Shown: piece by piece, positions 28,530 through 46,440 of the stretch
Numbering within the stretch: the stretch's first letter is position 1
Layout of the letters: every line of letters starts with the position of its first letter
Origin: Salpingoeca rosetta
Lineage: Eukaryota; Protista; Choanoflagellata
Length of the DNA stretch: 64,000 bases
Assembly: GCA_033442325.1 (NCBI GenBank)
Contig: JAWQFM010000005.1
Span: 188,564 to 252,563 of the forward strand
Reading direction: 5' to 3'
Program-made: the position numbers and the translations under genes
The notes under the pieces: model-generated
Seen by the model: the letters and a program-made list of their open reading frames with translations, nothing else
Databases searched by the model: none
What the model was told of the DNA's origin: nothing

Positions 28530-29050
28530 GTGTGTGTGTTTCGATGTCCCATCACCCCCTTCTCCCCCTTTGTTTTTCTCCGGGTGTGAAGGCGTCCGCT
28601 CACGTGTCGTTATCGCCGCCGAAACCGAAACAGAAGCACCGCCTGTTCCGCAAGGGCCACAGCAAGAGCATGAAGGAGGGCTCGCCAAAGCTTCCCCCAA
28701 TTGTCATGGGCAGGCAGCCCGGTCGCTCCCTCACACACCACTCGGTATGCACTTCCCGTCTCACTTATTATTGGTTTTGCTTTGCATGACTTGTTTCGCT
28801 GTGCTTTGCGCCCTGTGCTGTGCTGTGCTGTGCACCTTTGGTTGTGATGCTTTGTTGTGATGTGCATCTTGCTTGAGTTGCTTCTTGCATGTCCCTTTTG
28901 TATTTGTTTCCAAATCTTGTCGCGTACCACTCGCATCCGTGCTACGTGTCTCACACATCAATCCCCTTTCTTCCCTCCCCTTCCCTCTTGCACTTCCCTT
29001 GTGCCCAACAGCAACAAGGATCAAAGCTGCCGAGTGTGTCCAAGAGATGA
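25378..29050 (+). CDS. MOK: MOK/RAGE (MAPK/MAK/MRK overlapping) Ser/Thr kinase, LF4-like
   Basis: Spliced product [143 protein letters not shown] and GYY are MOK hallmarks. The last exon QQGSKLPSVSKR* ends at 29050. Confidence 0.92.
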
Positions 29051-29851
29051 GCGAGCTGCGTGTGTACTGGTGGTTGTGTCTGACCGCGCATCACAACACA
29101 CACTCCTCTCCCTCCCTTGATGACCGACCCCCTTTGTCGCGTGGCTGTTCCTCTTTCTCTCTTCGTTCCCACGACGCTCCCCTTTCCCCTTTTGCCGCTC
29201 GTTGTATATTCTTGCCTTTGTTCCATTACCTTTATCATCATTTCATCACGCACGCCCCACAAATCCCCCGACCCATTTAGCTTCTTCCACCCTCTACCTC
29301 CTCCTCCTCCTCTCCTGCTTCTTCTTGATGTGCACTGCTGTCTGTCATGAAGTACCTTTCTTCGCTGGTGATGGGATGGTGTGCCGTGTCCACCACGGCT
29401 GCTGCGCCCGCCCCGATCCTCCTCCCATTCCCGTGCCCAACTGACACTCCCCCCCCCCCTTGTTCTTCCTCCAACTCCTCCTTGTTGCTGTCATCCCTCC
29501 GCCTTTCTTCTTTCTCGTTCAGAAATGCAGTACATGCATGCAAAGCGTGTACGCGCCCCTTTACCCGCCCCTTCGCAGACATTGTGCATGCCTTCCGCAT
29601 TTTCACACGCTTATGCGTTGTACCTTACACGTCGTGGCCCTTGTTGCTAATCTGCCGACCTGCCTGCTAAATTCCGCCTCTTCATGGATTGCATGCTGCA
29701 TGTATGTGCCCTTTCTCCTCCTTCCATTGTGCCCTCTCACCCTCCCTCCGGACTACACCATTGCTCCCTGTGTCCTTCTTTCCCTCATCTGTCTGTCTTC
29801 TTCCCCTTGTCGCTGTCTCTCCCTTCACTCTATTGTTTCCGTTCACTCGTA

Positions 29852-29883
<32 letters not shown>

Positions 29884-30549
29884 TTTCTCTCCCATCATGC
29901 CCTCTCTCTGTTCTCTTCCTTTTGAAACTCTCAGGGAATTCCTCTCACCAGCTTGGTTTCTCTCGTGTTGTGACCCCTTGCGACTGCCCGTGCCGCTGGT
30001 GCGTGTTTCAGCGCGCGCGCACGTGTGTGGTTCTTGGGTTGCCCTTGGGTGGCTGTTACCATCAACACAAGCCTGTATTGCTCACCCCATATTGCTGATT
30101 TGATTGAATGTGATGATGGTTGTATGCGTGCGATGGTTGTTGCACTGCCGTTGTTCTTCTTCCCTTGTCGTGTGTGCTGGAAGCGCGAGTGGTGGCTGAT
30201 ATCTGTGTGCTGGTACGAGTGCGTGCTGTGTTGTGTTTGTCCCTTCCCTGTTGCGGTTCTGTTTCACTATCGACAGCGTCTCTATTGACCCCTTCATCAT
30301 CATTAACAACCCCCAATGTCAACGAGCGAGCAAGGCATGCAGAGAGGCGAGGGGGGCGGGGGTTTTGATGGGGGGGGGATGGCAAGCGAGTTGAAAGGGG
30401 AGTTGGGGTCGGGCGAGTTCAAGAAAAGGAGAGAGAGCATGCATGAAAAAACAACACACAAAGCACAACACGCATTTCTGACGACAACACAACAGAAAGA
30501 GAGAAGCAGAAGAAGAAGCAGCAGAAGAAGCAAGACAACAACGGCAGTG

Positions 30550-30698
30550 ATGAAGTTGACTGTGAAGCAGACGAGCGGGGAGCCGCTGGAGGTGACGGAG
30601 TGTGATGGCGCCGACGACGTGTCCAAGCTGAGGGCCACCCTGGCTATCAAGCTCAGCAAGAAGGCCGAAGACATTCGTACGTTTGCCTCTGTGTGTCT

Positions 30699-30789
<91 letters not shown>

Positions 30790-30802
30790 TACGTGTGTGT
30801 CT

Positions 30803-30883
<81 letters not shown>

Positions 30884-31421
30884 CGTGTGTCTGTCTGTCT
30901 GTCTGTCTGTCTCTGTCTGCCTCTGTCTGTCTGTCTGCGTCCCTCTGTGCGTTCGGATGTGTCTCACGCACCCATGGCATGTGCTCGTGTATGTGTACAG
31001 GCATTATCTTCTCTGGTCGCATCCTCAAGGACGGCAAGCCCTTGTCCGAGTACAAGCTCAAGGATGGAGGTTGGTGTTTGTCAACTCTGTCTGTCCCTCC
31101 CTCAGCCATTTGCGGCTGTTGATGCGTTCGATCGACGCATATGCACGCACGCACACACACACGCTCACACACGCGCTGCCATTCTTGTTGTCACCGAAGC
31201 GTTCAGTCCAATGCTTTCCCTCCTCCCTTCTCGCTCGCGCGCACTGATGCTTCCTGCACTCGTGACCCTGTCATGCTTTGTCATCTCCTGTGCACAGCCA
31301 CCCTCCATGCTGTCGTGACGTCTCGCCCAGAGACCAAGACCGCCGAGCCTCCTGCTCAGCCTTCCCCATCATCCCTCTTCCGTAAGCGTTTGTGTGTGTG
31401 TGTGTGTCTGTGTGTCTGTGT

Positions 31422-31462
<41 letters not shown>

Positions 31463-31464
31463 CT

Positions 31465-31515
<51 letters not shown>

Positions 31516-31960
31516 CGTCCGTCCGTCCGTCGTCTGTCTNNNNNNNNNNNNNNNNNNNNNNNNNNNNNNNNNNNNNNNNNNNNNNNNNNNNNNNNNNNNN
31601 NNNNNNNNNNNNNNNNNNNNNNNNNNNNNNNNNNNNNNNNNNNNNNNNNNNNNNNNNNNNNNNNNNNNNNNNNNNNNNNNNNNNNNNNNNNNNNNNNNNN
31701 NNNNNNNNNNNNNNNNNNNNNNNNNNNNNNNNNNNNNNNNNNNNNNNNNNNNNNNNNNNNNNNNNNNNNNNNNNNNNNNNNNNNNNNNNNNNNNNNNNNN
31801 NNNNNNNNNNNNNNNNNNNNNNNNNNNNNNNNNNNNNNNNNNNNNNNNNNNNNNNNNNNNNNNNNNNNNNNNNNNNNNNNNNNNNNNNNNNNNNNNNNNN
31901 NNNNNNNNNNNNNNNNNNNNNNNNNNNNNNNNNNNNNNNNNNNNNNNNNNNNNNNNNNNN

Positions 31961-32030
<70 letters not shown>

Positions 32031-32047
32031 GCACGCACACACACGCG

Positions 32048-32080
<33 letters not shown>

Positions 32081-33272
32081 ACGCACGCGAATGACTCGAT
32101 GCACTTGACCGTTCGCCCACCTCTCGCCTTCAACGCCTTCACATTCGTGTACATGTGTGTACATTGTTGCATTTGCTTTTTTTTGCTTTGTCAGTTCTGG
32201 TGGGCAGCAAGTTCCTCGCGCCGTCTTTGATGATGCCATCCGCCTCATGAATGGTACGGTACACACATGCACGCGCATGCACACAAGCGAATGCATCCAT
32301 GCACCCATGCTTGTATGGTTCCAGCTCCCCATTCTGCTAACACCAACACCCAACACACACACGCGCGCGCGCGCATCCCCTGCAGGCGAGCGGCTGGAGC
32401 GGCGGTATCCGATGGTACAGCTCAGCGCACCCTTCCCCGAGATCCCAATCCCCGGCCACACCCCGTCCCACCGGCCCCGCCAACAACAGCAGCAGCAACA
32501 GGCGGCACCTGGCAGCAGCAGTGGTGGTGGCAGTGGGGATATGCTGACACCACCACGGCCGCTGCACGAGTACGTGACGCGCTCGCAGATTTCAGACGCG
32601 CTGCGCGTGGCGCTCGGTGATGAGAGCAGCGGCCGCACCGACGGCGATGATGGCGACAAGAAGGATGGCGCCAACGCGATGGACGAGGACAAGGACAAGG
32701 ACGAGGGGAAGGACAAGGAGGAGGGGAAGGACAAGGAGGAGGGGAAGGACAAGGACGACAAGGACGAGGAGAAGGATAAGAAGAAGGAGGGAGGTGATGC
32801 CAGCGGTGGACAAATGGACACGCAAGCCGACACCACGACGCAGGGCGCCACCAGCACCACGACGGCGGCAGAAGGGGCGGCACCACCAACGACAACACCA
32901 GCGACTGGTGGTGGCGGGCAGCAGCCAGCGGCGGAGCGATACGCAGACCAGCTCAAGCAACTCAGGGAGATGGGATTCACCGACGAACAGACCTGGTGCG
33001 TTGGGCGTCTGTGTTGTGTTGTGTGTGTGTGTGTGTGTGTGTGTGTCTGTGTCTGTGTCTGTGTCTGTGTCTGTGTCTGTGTCTGTGTGTGTGTCTGTGT
33101 GTCTGTGTCTGTGTGTGCCCACGGCTTACGTGCCCTTAGTCCTACACTGTTTTCCATGCCTCATTTCCCCACCGCTCACCACCTTCCCCCGCCTCCCGAA
33201 ACCAACAGCATCCAAGCCCTGGAGCGTGCCAACGGGAGCATCAACATCGCACTGCAGTTCCTCTTTGGCTGA
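30550..33272 (+). CDS. UBL-UBA ubiquitin shuttle protein (UBL7/ubiquilin-like); interrupted by an assembly gap
   Basis: N-terminal ubiquitin-like domain (MKLTVKQ..IIFSGRILKDGKPLSEYKLKDG.TLHAV) and C-terminal UBA (YADQLKQLREMGFTD..IQALERANGSINIALQFLFG*). An acidic DKEEGK repeat lies in the linker. Confidence 0.88.
31540..31960. other. Assembly gap inside the UBL-UBA gene
   Basis: Run of N; it may hide exon(s). Confidence 0.99.
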
Positions 33273-33624
33273 TGCCATAATCATGAGGGGAGTGCCATCT
33301 CATCGCTGTATTGCTGCGTCACACACCACTTCCACACGCACAAAGCACCGCACGAAACGCACCCAGGCACCACCCCCCCCCCTTGTGAGTTCGCTCCTGC
33401 GTGATGGCAACCAACCAACCAACCAACCAACGAAGTCCCACATGAAGCAAAATGACCCACTCAAGCAACGTAATTGAGGGGGAAACGGAGAAGGAGAGAG
33501 GGACACACAGAGAGAGAGAGAGAGACACGTTCACGAGCAACCTTCAAATACACAGCCTTGCACATGCACGCCTGTTAACTACAAGCCCTGCAACTCTATC
33601 GACATCATTCACGACTCTGGCACA

Positions 33625-33720
33625 TCACTCATCCACCAGATACCTGCCAGTGCATAAGTGTGTGTGTGTGTGTGTCGTTGTGTCCAAGCGCGCGTGAGCA
33701 TGTGTCAGCTGGGTGTGAAC

Positions 33721-33760
<40 letters not shown>

Positions 33761-34093
33761 GTGTGCAGTTGTGCAGGTGTGCAGGTTCACGCTTGTGACG
33801 TGATGCAAATAAGCGAGCGCATGTGCAACCAGCACCATGTGGGAGGTGCATACCACTGGTGTTTGCGACTGCTGCGAATCTCCTCTGGCTTCTCTGACGT
33901 CTGGCCACGGAATGTCAAGTATCCCCATGCACGCACGGAGTTCAGGCCCTGCAAACACCCAGCAAGTCAAGGAGCAACAACAAACACCGCACAAGGAAGG
34001 TAGATGTCAATGTGAGCGCACCTGCACATGGCCACCAAACCCACGCATGCAGTGCACACGTGGTGCACCCGTACTGCACATGAAGTTCAAACC

Positions 34094-34128
<35 letters not shown>

Positions 34129-34355
34129 GCACTCGCGCAAACACACGCGCACACACAAAACCACGACGACCGACCAACCAGTTTCCTGACGCGCGTGATG
34201 GTGTAGTAGCACGGCTCCTCCCACTTTGACCAGATGGTTCGGCACACCTTCTTGCCAACACCGTACTGGTACAAAGAGTTGCATATCGAGTGCAGCTGCT
34301 GTGGATGATCCCGCAACAGTGCTCCCCTGCTCACCACCTTCAAGATGTTGCTCAT
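33625..34355 (-). CDS. MRPS34: Mitochondrial ribosomal protein mS34 (MRPS34-like)
   Basis: Three exons: MSNILKVV..LYQYGVGKKVCRTIWSKWEEPCYYTITRV, GLNSVRAWGYLTFRGQTSEKPEEIRSSRKHQW, YLVDE*. GVG..V.R..W...PCY..ITRV and AWG.LTFRG are S34 motifs. Confidence 0.8.
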
Positions 34356-34425
34356 CGCTGGTGTTCGCCGTGTGCTTCTGTGCCTTGGATTGTGGGAAAG
34401 TGGTGAAAGATACAGCGAAATTTCT

Positions 34426-34477
<52 letters not shown>

Positions 34478-34685
34478 GTGTGTGTGTGTGTGTCTGTGTG
34501 TCTGTGTCAGGCAACCGCACGCAGAAGGGGAAGGGTTACATTCTTGCCTCTGGTATTGCCCCCTTAGGATGTGATCGATGCGATCAGATTGAATTTTCGA
34601 AATGAGTTGGCTACTCCCGACAACTTCTATTATGGACGTTAATCCGGGTATAATGATTTTGGACAGCCAACCAAGAACTTACTTG

Positions 34686-34736
<51 letters not shown>

Positions 34737-34957
34737 CGTGTGTGTGTGTGTGTCTGTGTGTCTGTGTCTACGTGTGTCTGTGTGTGTGTGTGTCTGTGTG
34801 TCTGTCTGACTGTGTCTGTGTGTGTGTGCACGCGCTCCCTTTCCTTCTCTCAGGATCGATTGCCCGCCTGCCGATCCTCCTTCGTTCTATCAACCGTTGG
34901 TTTGTTTATTTCGGCCATTGGCGCGAAACCAAGCGACGAAGCATGCTGCTGCCTCGC

Positions 34958-39581
<4,624 letters not shown>

Positions 39582-39688
39582 CGCTGGTCTTGCCGCGAAA
39601 TTCAAAAAATGATGGACCTGCAGTGCTTGGACGTGCTTGGAAGGAGGGAAGGACTTGAACTTCGAGGTTGAGGAAGAATGACCCCGCA

Positions 39689-39821
<133 letters not shown>

Positions 39822-40157
39822 CACACACACACACACAGAGCACACACTCATTCACTCATTCACACACACACACACACTGGCATCTCACGTTGGCTGTTCA
39901 GCCCAAGACATCAAAGATGAATCAAGTGGCAACACATGTGCTCGTCCCGCCTCTCCATGGCCTTGTCAACGCGGCGGTTGGCTTGTTCGTTTGAGCGTTT
40001 GTGTATTGCATGAGAACGGAGGAGTAGTGGCAACAGAAGAACGCAAACGTAGAAGGACAACTCAAAAGGAACGCAAGCAAAGAAGTCGAAGAAGTCGAAG
40101 AAGTGTTCTCTATTTCGTTGTTCATGGAGGCAAGAGCAATGAAAGGCAACGAAACAA

Positions 40158-40196
<39 letters not shown>

Positions 40197-40398
40197 CAAC
40201 AACAACTTAAACAACAACAACGCGGATGACACCCAGTGGCAGGTCACATCACCATGCAGTAAGTCAACACACCAAAACATTCACTTGTAACATCACCAAA
40301 GAACGAACTCAAAGCCAAACACATTCACACACACACGCACGCACGCACACACACACACACACAAACACACGCACGCACACACACACACACACGGGCTC

Positions 40399-43300
40399 TC
40401 AGAGAGGAGGTGGGAGCGTGTAGTTGCCAACGATGGCATTCAGCTCCCTCTCGACCTGCGTGCGGTTGTGATTGTACGTGACCGGACAAGCCTCGCGCGA
40501 CTCACTGGGTGACCTGCCGTACTTGTGAGCAGCTGCTTCGACGTGATGATAGTAGAGATACTCCCGCAAGTGTTGTGGCTGATCAATGTTGGGCACTTTC
40601 CACGTGGGGTACTGTTTGTCAAAGTCCTTGAAAGGAACAGTCTTGTCGTCAAACACCATATCGCAGCCGTCTCGGACGCTCGTCAGGCAGGAGCGTGGCC
40701 AGAGCTCATCAGTTCGATATCGGACGCTTCCAGAGAAGCTAGCCGGCTGATGAGCACAATCATGGCTGTCATGCTTGCCAGAACTCTTCACGCCCAAATG
40801 CCCGCGTTCCCGCATGCAAGGGTACCCACACACTGGGCAACGTTCACCACACCGTGGCTTGGCCGACCTTGCGCCAACATATTGCTGCTCCGTCAAACGA
40901 CCTAGAAGTTCCTGCACAAATGCCACGCGATTAGACAGCCATTTTTTTTGTTGCGTGGAGATGTTTCGGCCCTGCTTGGAGAGCACGCGAACAATGCGCT
41001 CCAGCATCTCCTTCAAATCGTCGACGTTGGAGTTCTCATCCGCGCCATCAGGCACCGAAAAACAGCCCAGCTCCTTCGCGAGTCCCGTCAGCTTGTTCGC
41101 AGCAGCACTACGCCTCAGCTGCTGGAGGGTCTCAGTTGCAGGGAGCTTGGCGTCTTGGGGTAACACAACTTCTTGGAACAAGAGCTTCACTCGCTTCATG
41201 TACGTGTCCATATGCTGCTGCACGTGCGATGTTGCAGGATCGCTGCCTTCGCGAGGTTGGTCGAAGTACTGCAGCGTCATGCGCTGTGACATCTCCTCAA
41301 AGTGTTTGTCTGTCCGTTCAACCTTGCGAAGCAGCGTGGCTTCGTCCCCTTCATCATGCAGGCGCAGCAGATCAAGGTCGACCAGCGCACAAAGGACGGT
41401 CGTGTTGGAAATGAAGGACTCCTCCACAACCTGGATAGCGTACGTGCGGGCGAGCGACCCCAGGAAGTCCCAATACCACTCCTTCTTCAAGGCATCCACA
41501 ATGTTCTTCTCCAACAGCTTCACGCCTTTCAGGCCTTCGACAATGGCAACCGCAAACTCAAAGAGGCTCGCTCCAGCATTCTGGATGCAGTGGTACATGT
41601 TGTGCTTCTTGTCCCAAGCCTGCTGCAACTTCACCAACCTCGGCTGAAGCCGTGTGTACACTGCGTGCAGTACGCCTCGCTTGAACCACTCCTCTGTGCA
41701 GTCTGAATCCACCGCGCGCTGTTTAGCAGAGTGCAGTGCATCCGACACAATGTCGTCGGAATAGCACTTGTGGCCTTCCAAGGCGCGCTCCACCACGAAC
41801 TGTGCCAGCTCGTCAATCACCTCGCGGGCATTCACACCTTCAGGGCGTGCTTGGCGGCGAACAATACCAGACAAGAGGGCACCAATCGTCGATTGTTTGC
41901 GCTTATGCATGTTGATGACATGGTCAGCCCGGACGGGGGACTCATCGGCAGTCATTACGTCAAATAGCTGCTTATCTCCCGCGGCGAAATCGCAACATGC
42001 CTCCAACATCTTTTCATGCACGCGGTCTGTCTCCGACGGGTGTATACTGTGCTTCCTGTCCCATGCCCGCTGTAACTTCACCAACCTCGGCTGAAGCTTT
42101 GCACAAACTGCGTGCAAAACACCTCGCAGGAACCACGTCCCCTTGATGTGTAACTCCGCCGCGCGCTTTTGAGCAGAGTGCAGTGCATCCGAGACGATGT
42201 CGTCCGAATAGCACTTGTGGCCTTCCAAGGCGCTCTCCACCACGGACTGTGCCAGCTCGTCAATCACCGTGCGGGCGTTCACTCCATCTGAAGGCGCTCG
42301 GCGGCGGAGAGCAAAGAAGGCCAAGAACGCTCCCCATTTCGATGGCTTGGGCTCACGCGTCTTGGCGTCCTTGGGGGCCTCGATGACCTGGTCAGCCCTG
42401 ACGGAGGACTCATCGGCAGTCATCGCCTCAATTAGCTGCTTATCTCCCGCGGCGAAATCGCAACATGCGTTTTTCATCTTCTCACGCACGCAGTCCGCTA
42501 CAGGAGGGTGCTGCTGGCGAATTTCATCCAGCCGCGGCTTGAACCACTTGTTGAACTCTTCGCGCACTTTCTCTTTGGAGCAGTCCTGGCCGCTGTACTT
42601 GGAGAACCGGGCCTTCAGCTCCTGCCGAAGCTGCTGCTGCATGGACTTCTCCTTCTTCTCGGACCCGAGATGCGTCCCCACCAAGGAGATGAGCAGCGCC
42701 TTCCAGTGTTTGTGTTGTTGGTCAACAAAGTCCTGCCAACGCAGCAGCTGGCTCGGCTGCCACTGCTCAAACTCAGTCAGAAACGTGCTCACATCTCCTG
42801 TGATTGACTGTTGCTTGTGGTACGCAGCCCCCTCGAGCTCACACCACCATTTCTCCGCCTGTTCCATAATCTGCACCTCTGTCAACTCCTCGTCATCCGA
42901 CACGCTCTTCGCCAGCACCTGTGTCTCAATTCCTTCAAACGTCTCACGGAACACCTTGGCCAGCTTCTTTTGGTACAGGGTCACGCCCATGGTCATGCGC
43001 GCATACGCTTGCTTCTCCACGATGCTAACGAAGCTCACAGCGAAGTGGGCGGCGTCCAGGCAGTCCCACACCTTCGTGGTGAGCGCCTTGAAGTCTTGGA
43101 GGCTGCGCGCCTGCCATCTTGGCTGCTGAGTCACGCGGTCGTGGGTGTACAGGCGCAGCTGCAGAATGGCTGTGGCATATTCATCCTGCGGCTTGTCGTC
43201 AGGAGGATAGTCGCCAGTTTTCAGCTGTCCAATCACATGTACGTCGCTCTGCATCGGGTCCTCAAGTGAACACTTGAGGTCGCGTGTAAACAGTTGGGTG

Positions 43301-44469
43301 GAAGGGGGCGGGTCATTCTTGTCTTCGTGCCTGCTCTGCTCAGGGCCGTCGCTGCTACCACCTTTCTCAATGGCCTTGAGCTCAGCGAAAAGGTACTTGT
43401 CGCCGTTCAACACCTTGTCCTCCGCCTCTTGCAGCGACGTTTGCAGGGATTCCGTCTGCGCAGTCATCCTGTCCTTGTTGGCGCTGTCCATCTTGTTGTA
43501 CACAAAGACCACCTTGGTGGAGAGCTGGCCACCCTTAGCCTCGGCCATCTTGGAGTCACGGTACGCGTCCAGCACAATCGGCAGAAGCTCACGCACAACG
43601 CGATCATTCTCGGATGGAATCACCACTGTGGTCGTGTCAGCGAGCAGGAAGGCGATGAGCGCAAACACGCCGTCACGGCGGTTGCTCTTCTCCATGTGCG
43701 TGAACTCGGGAGCGCGCACGCCCTCCGTGTCCAGCAGCAGCACGTAGTCGTACTCTTCCCGGCCCTTGCAGGGGATGAGCTGCATGTTCACGCCAATGGT
43801 GCAGCGCCCAACGCTAGCCTTGAGCCGCGTGCCGTACATGTGGTTGGCGGTGGTGGACTTGCCGCTGCTCTGCGGGCCAAACATGCTGTGCACCATCACT
43901 CGCGGCTTCACATCATGAGTGTAGCCGCCTGGCTGCTGCTGTTGCTGGCATTGTGCTTTGAGCATCTCTGTGACGGGACTGTGGTCGAGGTGTGTCGGTG
44001 GCTTGTTCTGTGTACTGATGTGAAGTAAACCAGGGAACAAAAGAACTGAACAAGGCACAGACAATCACGTGAGATAAGCGACAACAGGGTGCAGGGCAAC
44101 ACACACGTGCTAGCAGGCAACAAGAGGGGTGCTTGTGGTTAAGCAAGGGGGAAAACAAGAGACAAGGGCAACAGACGTAACACAGCATGCAGGCATGTGT
44201 CGTGCCGTCATCTTAGTTGATGACGGTACCGTGCCAAGGGCTCGGGATCGCCGCCGAGAGGCAAGCAGTTCCGAGGCACTGGGCACGGCGTGACACGACA
44301 CAGGCAAACGCTACTATACGACACTCACGAGTTAAACATGACGTCAATCAGGCTAAACATGACATCAAACATTAGGAGAACAAAGAACATGCAAGGCAGT
44401 ACGGTGCCGCGAAGGGCAAGGAAGGGAAAACAATGGGACACAGCGGGGCAAGGTGCAGGGAACGGGGAG

Positions 44470-44519
<50 letters not shown>

Positions 44520-46440
44520 GCAGGGGGAGGCAGGCGAGCGACGTTACAATCTCATCGAGCTGACCCAGCACAGCACCAACCCAGACCTCGTTGGCGCCCA
44601 GCGCATCGCCATCAAACAGCTCCAGTGGGTAGCCGTCCAGGATGTGCTGTGCGGCCAGCTTGGGCAGGTCGACTTCACAGTCTACAGCCGCGTAGATGTG
44701 GCCAATCTCGCGCCAAATGTGGTCGAGGGTGACGTTGTAGTCGTTGATGCTGGCGTTGGCGTCCAAGTACTGTTTGCGAAGCTCTTCATTGTCGGGGTTC
44801 TTGTTGGACGCTTTCTTGAGCCTGGCCACCTCCTCTTCCAGGCGCTGGAGTTGCTGGGAGCTCTTCAAGGCAAGGGCGTGCTGGAGCATGTGGAAGCCCA
44901 CAACACGGTCCTTGGCTCGTGGCTGGCTGGCAATTTGAATGACCCGCTGCACGAGCGGAACGCCAAGCTGATAGTGGGCATTTTCGCCCCGGTAGTCCCT
45001 CTGCTGTTGTATGTCCTGATCGAACATGTCGTCTTCATCCTTCTTAGCCCGCTTTTGCACGTTGCTTCGACTGTTCTTGGACTCGGAGGCGTCGCGCTCG
45101 CGCTTGAAGCTCTCCTGCAGCACGAACGTTTTGCCACGTACTTGGGAAAAGTCATGCTCGACCACGGGTAGGACAGCAAATGGTGGCAGCCGCGGAAAGA
45201 GCTCGGTGTTCTTTCGGCACAGGTCGAACAGCGTGAGGCGGGCACGAGTGTCTGTACTAGGGCTGCTTCCGCTTGTTCCACTGCTGCCAGTGGATGCCGT
45301 GGAGGAGTCCATGGGCTGCAGGCCAAACTCCTCCTGAAGTTTGGCTGTTGCCTTCACCAGTCGCTTCACCATCTTCTCGTTTGTCTTGGGATCGCGGAGT
45401 TGGCCACACACGACGTGGTGGTTGTCGTCCTTCTTGCTCTTGGGCGCATCATGCGCGTCAGCCTTTGGATGCCAGGCAAAGCAGCGCTTCTTGTCAAGGC
45501 TTGCGTTGAAGATGGGCTCATCCTTGGCTTTGCCAGGCGTGCCCGGGTGCTCGAGGATGACGACATCGACAAAATCGCGCAGAAAGCCAGGCCACAGGTC
45601 CTCGTAGTCGCCAATCACGTGTAGCACAAGGCACGGGTGCGTTGTTGGCCGCGTGCCAAGCTCCTTGGCGGGCTCCTTGAGGTAGCCGACGCCAACCTCC
45701 ATCAAGGAAGGGTGCTTGGTGACGGTGAAGTCCGTTCTCTTGTCTTTCTCGTGCAGGGAGTCGATGTGGAAGAGGTCCTTGAGCAGCTGCGGGGTGGACG
45801 TGGTGGCCGCGCCGTACTTGGACATGACCACGACGCGCAGGCACCCCTTGTCCGTGTAGGTGTTGACGGTGGGTGGGGTGGTCTTGGTCTCGAGGTTGGC
45901 AAACTGCAGCGCGCTGACGTGGTGCTTGTACTTGTCATCGGCGTGCTTCGGCGACAGCTGTTGTGCCCAGATGGGAACGGCCATGTGGCGGGCCAGCAGC
46001 TTCTCCACAAACACGCCGCGCGCCACATCGTTTGGAAGATTGTGTAGGTGCTGCAGCGTCGCATCACACAGGGAGAGGACCTGGGGCAGTGGTGGCAGCT
46101 TTTCGTCCATTGGCTTGGGTGAATCGGCGGCGGGCTTGTCCTTGGCCTTCTTCTCGCTGCCCTTGTCATTGCTGTCGTCGTCGTCGTCACTGCTGCTGTC
46201 GCTGTCGGAGTCATCGCTGTCTTGGGCCATGGCGTCATCCACCATGGCCTTGAGCGCGGGTGGAAGAGATGGCTCGAAGCCGCGGTGGACCTGGTAGCCC
46301 ACGTACGTTGGGAGGTCCTGCTCGGCGACAGCAGTGTCCATGTCCGTGGCCGGGATAGGCTGTTCAAGAACGTGGTGGTCGCGGTCACGGGTGGCAGGTG
46401 TCCGCATGGCCGTCACGAATTGCTTCTTGGGTGCGCTCAT
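40399..46440 (-). CDS. GVIN1: Very large GTPase, VLIG-type (GVIN1/URGCP family), ~1850 aa
   Basis: Exon 1 (46440-44548) ends HIWREIGHIY..LPKLAAQHILDGYPLELFDGDA..WVGAVL. A probable 49-nt exon lies at 44278-44230. The last exon carries G1 GPQSSGKST, G2 GRCTIG, G3 LLDTEG..APE, G4-like YNKMD, a long helical region and a C-terminal Cys/His region (CGERCPVCGYPC..H..H..HQP..C..V....PF.....YP.W), as in GVIN1. Confidence 0.88.
41596..42486 (-). repeat. Internal tandem duplication (~145 aa x2) within the GVIN-type GTPase
   Basis: Copies at ~42043-42486 and ~41596-42018 share ACCDFAAGDKQL, VIDELAQ, ALEGHKCYSDDIVSDALHSA and LQPRLVKLQ, plus long identical DNA stretches. Confidence 0.95.

Noticed and set aside
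29277-30385. ORFs between MOK and the UBL-UBA gene
   Set aside because: Pyrimidine/purine-skewed low-complexity sequence with no motif support. Probably UTR or intergenic.
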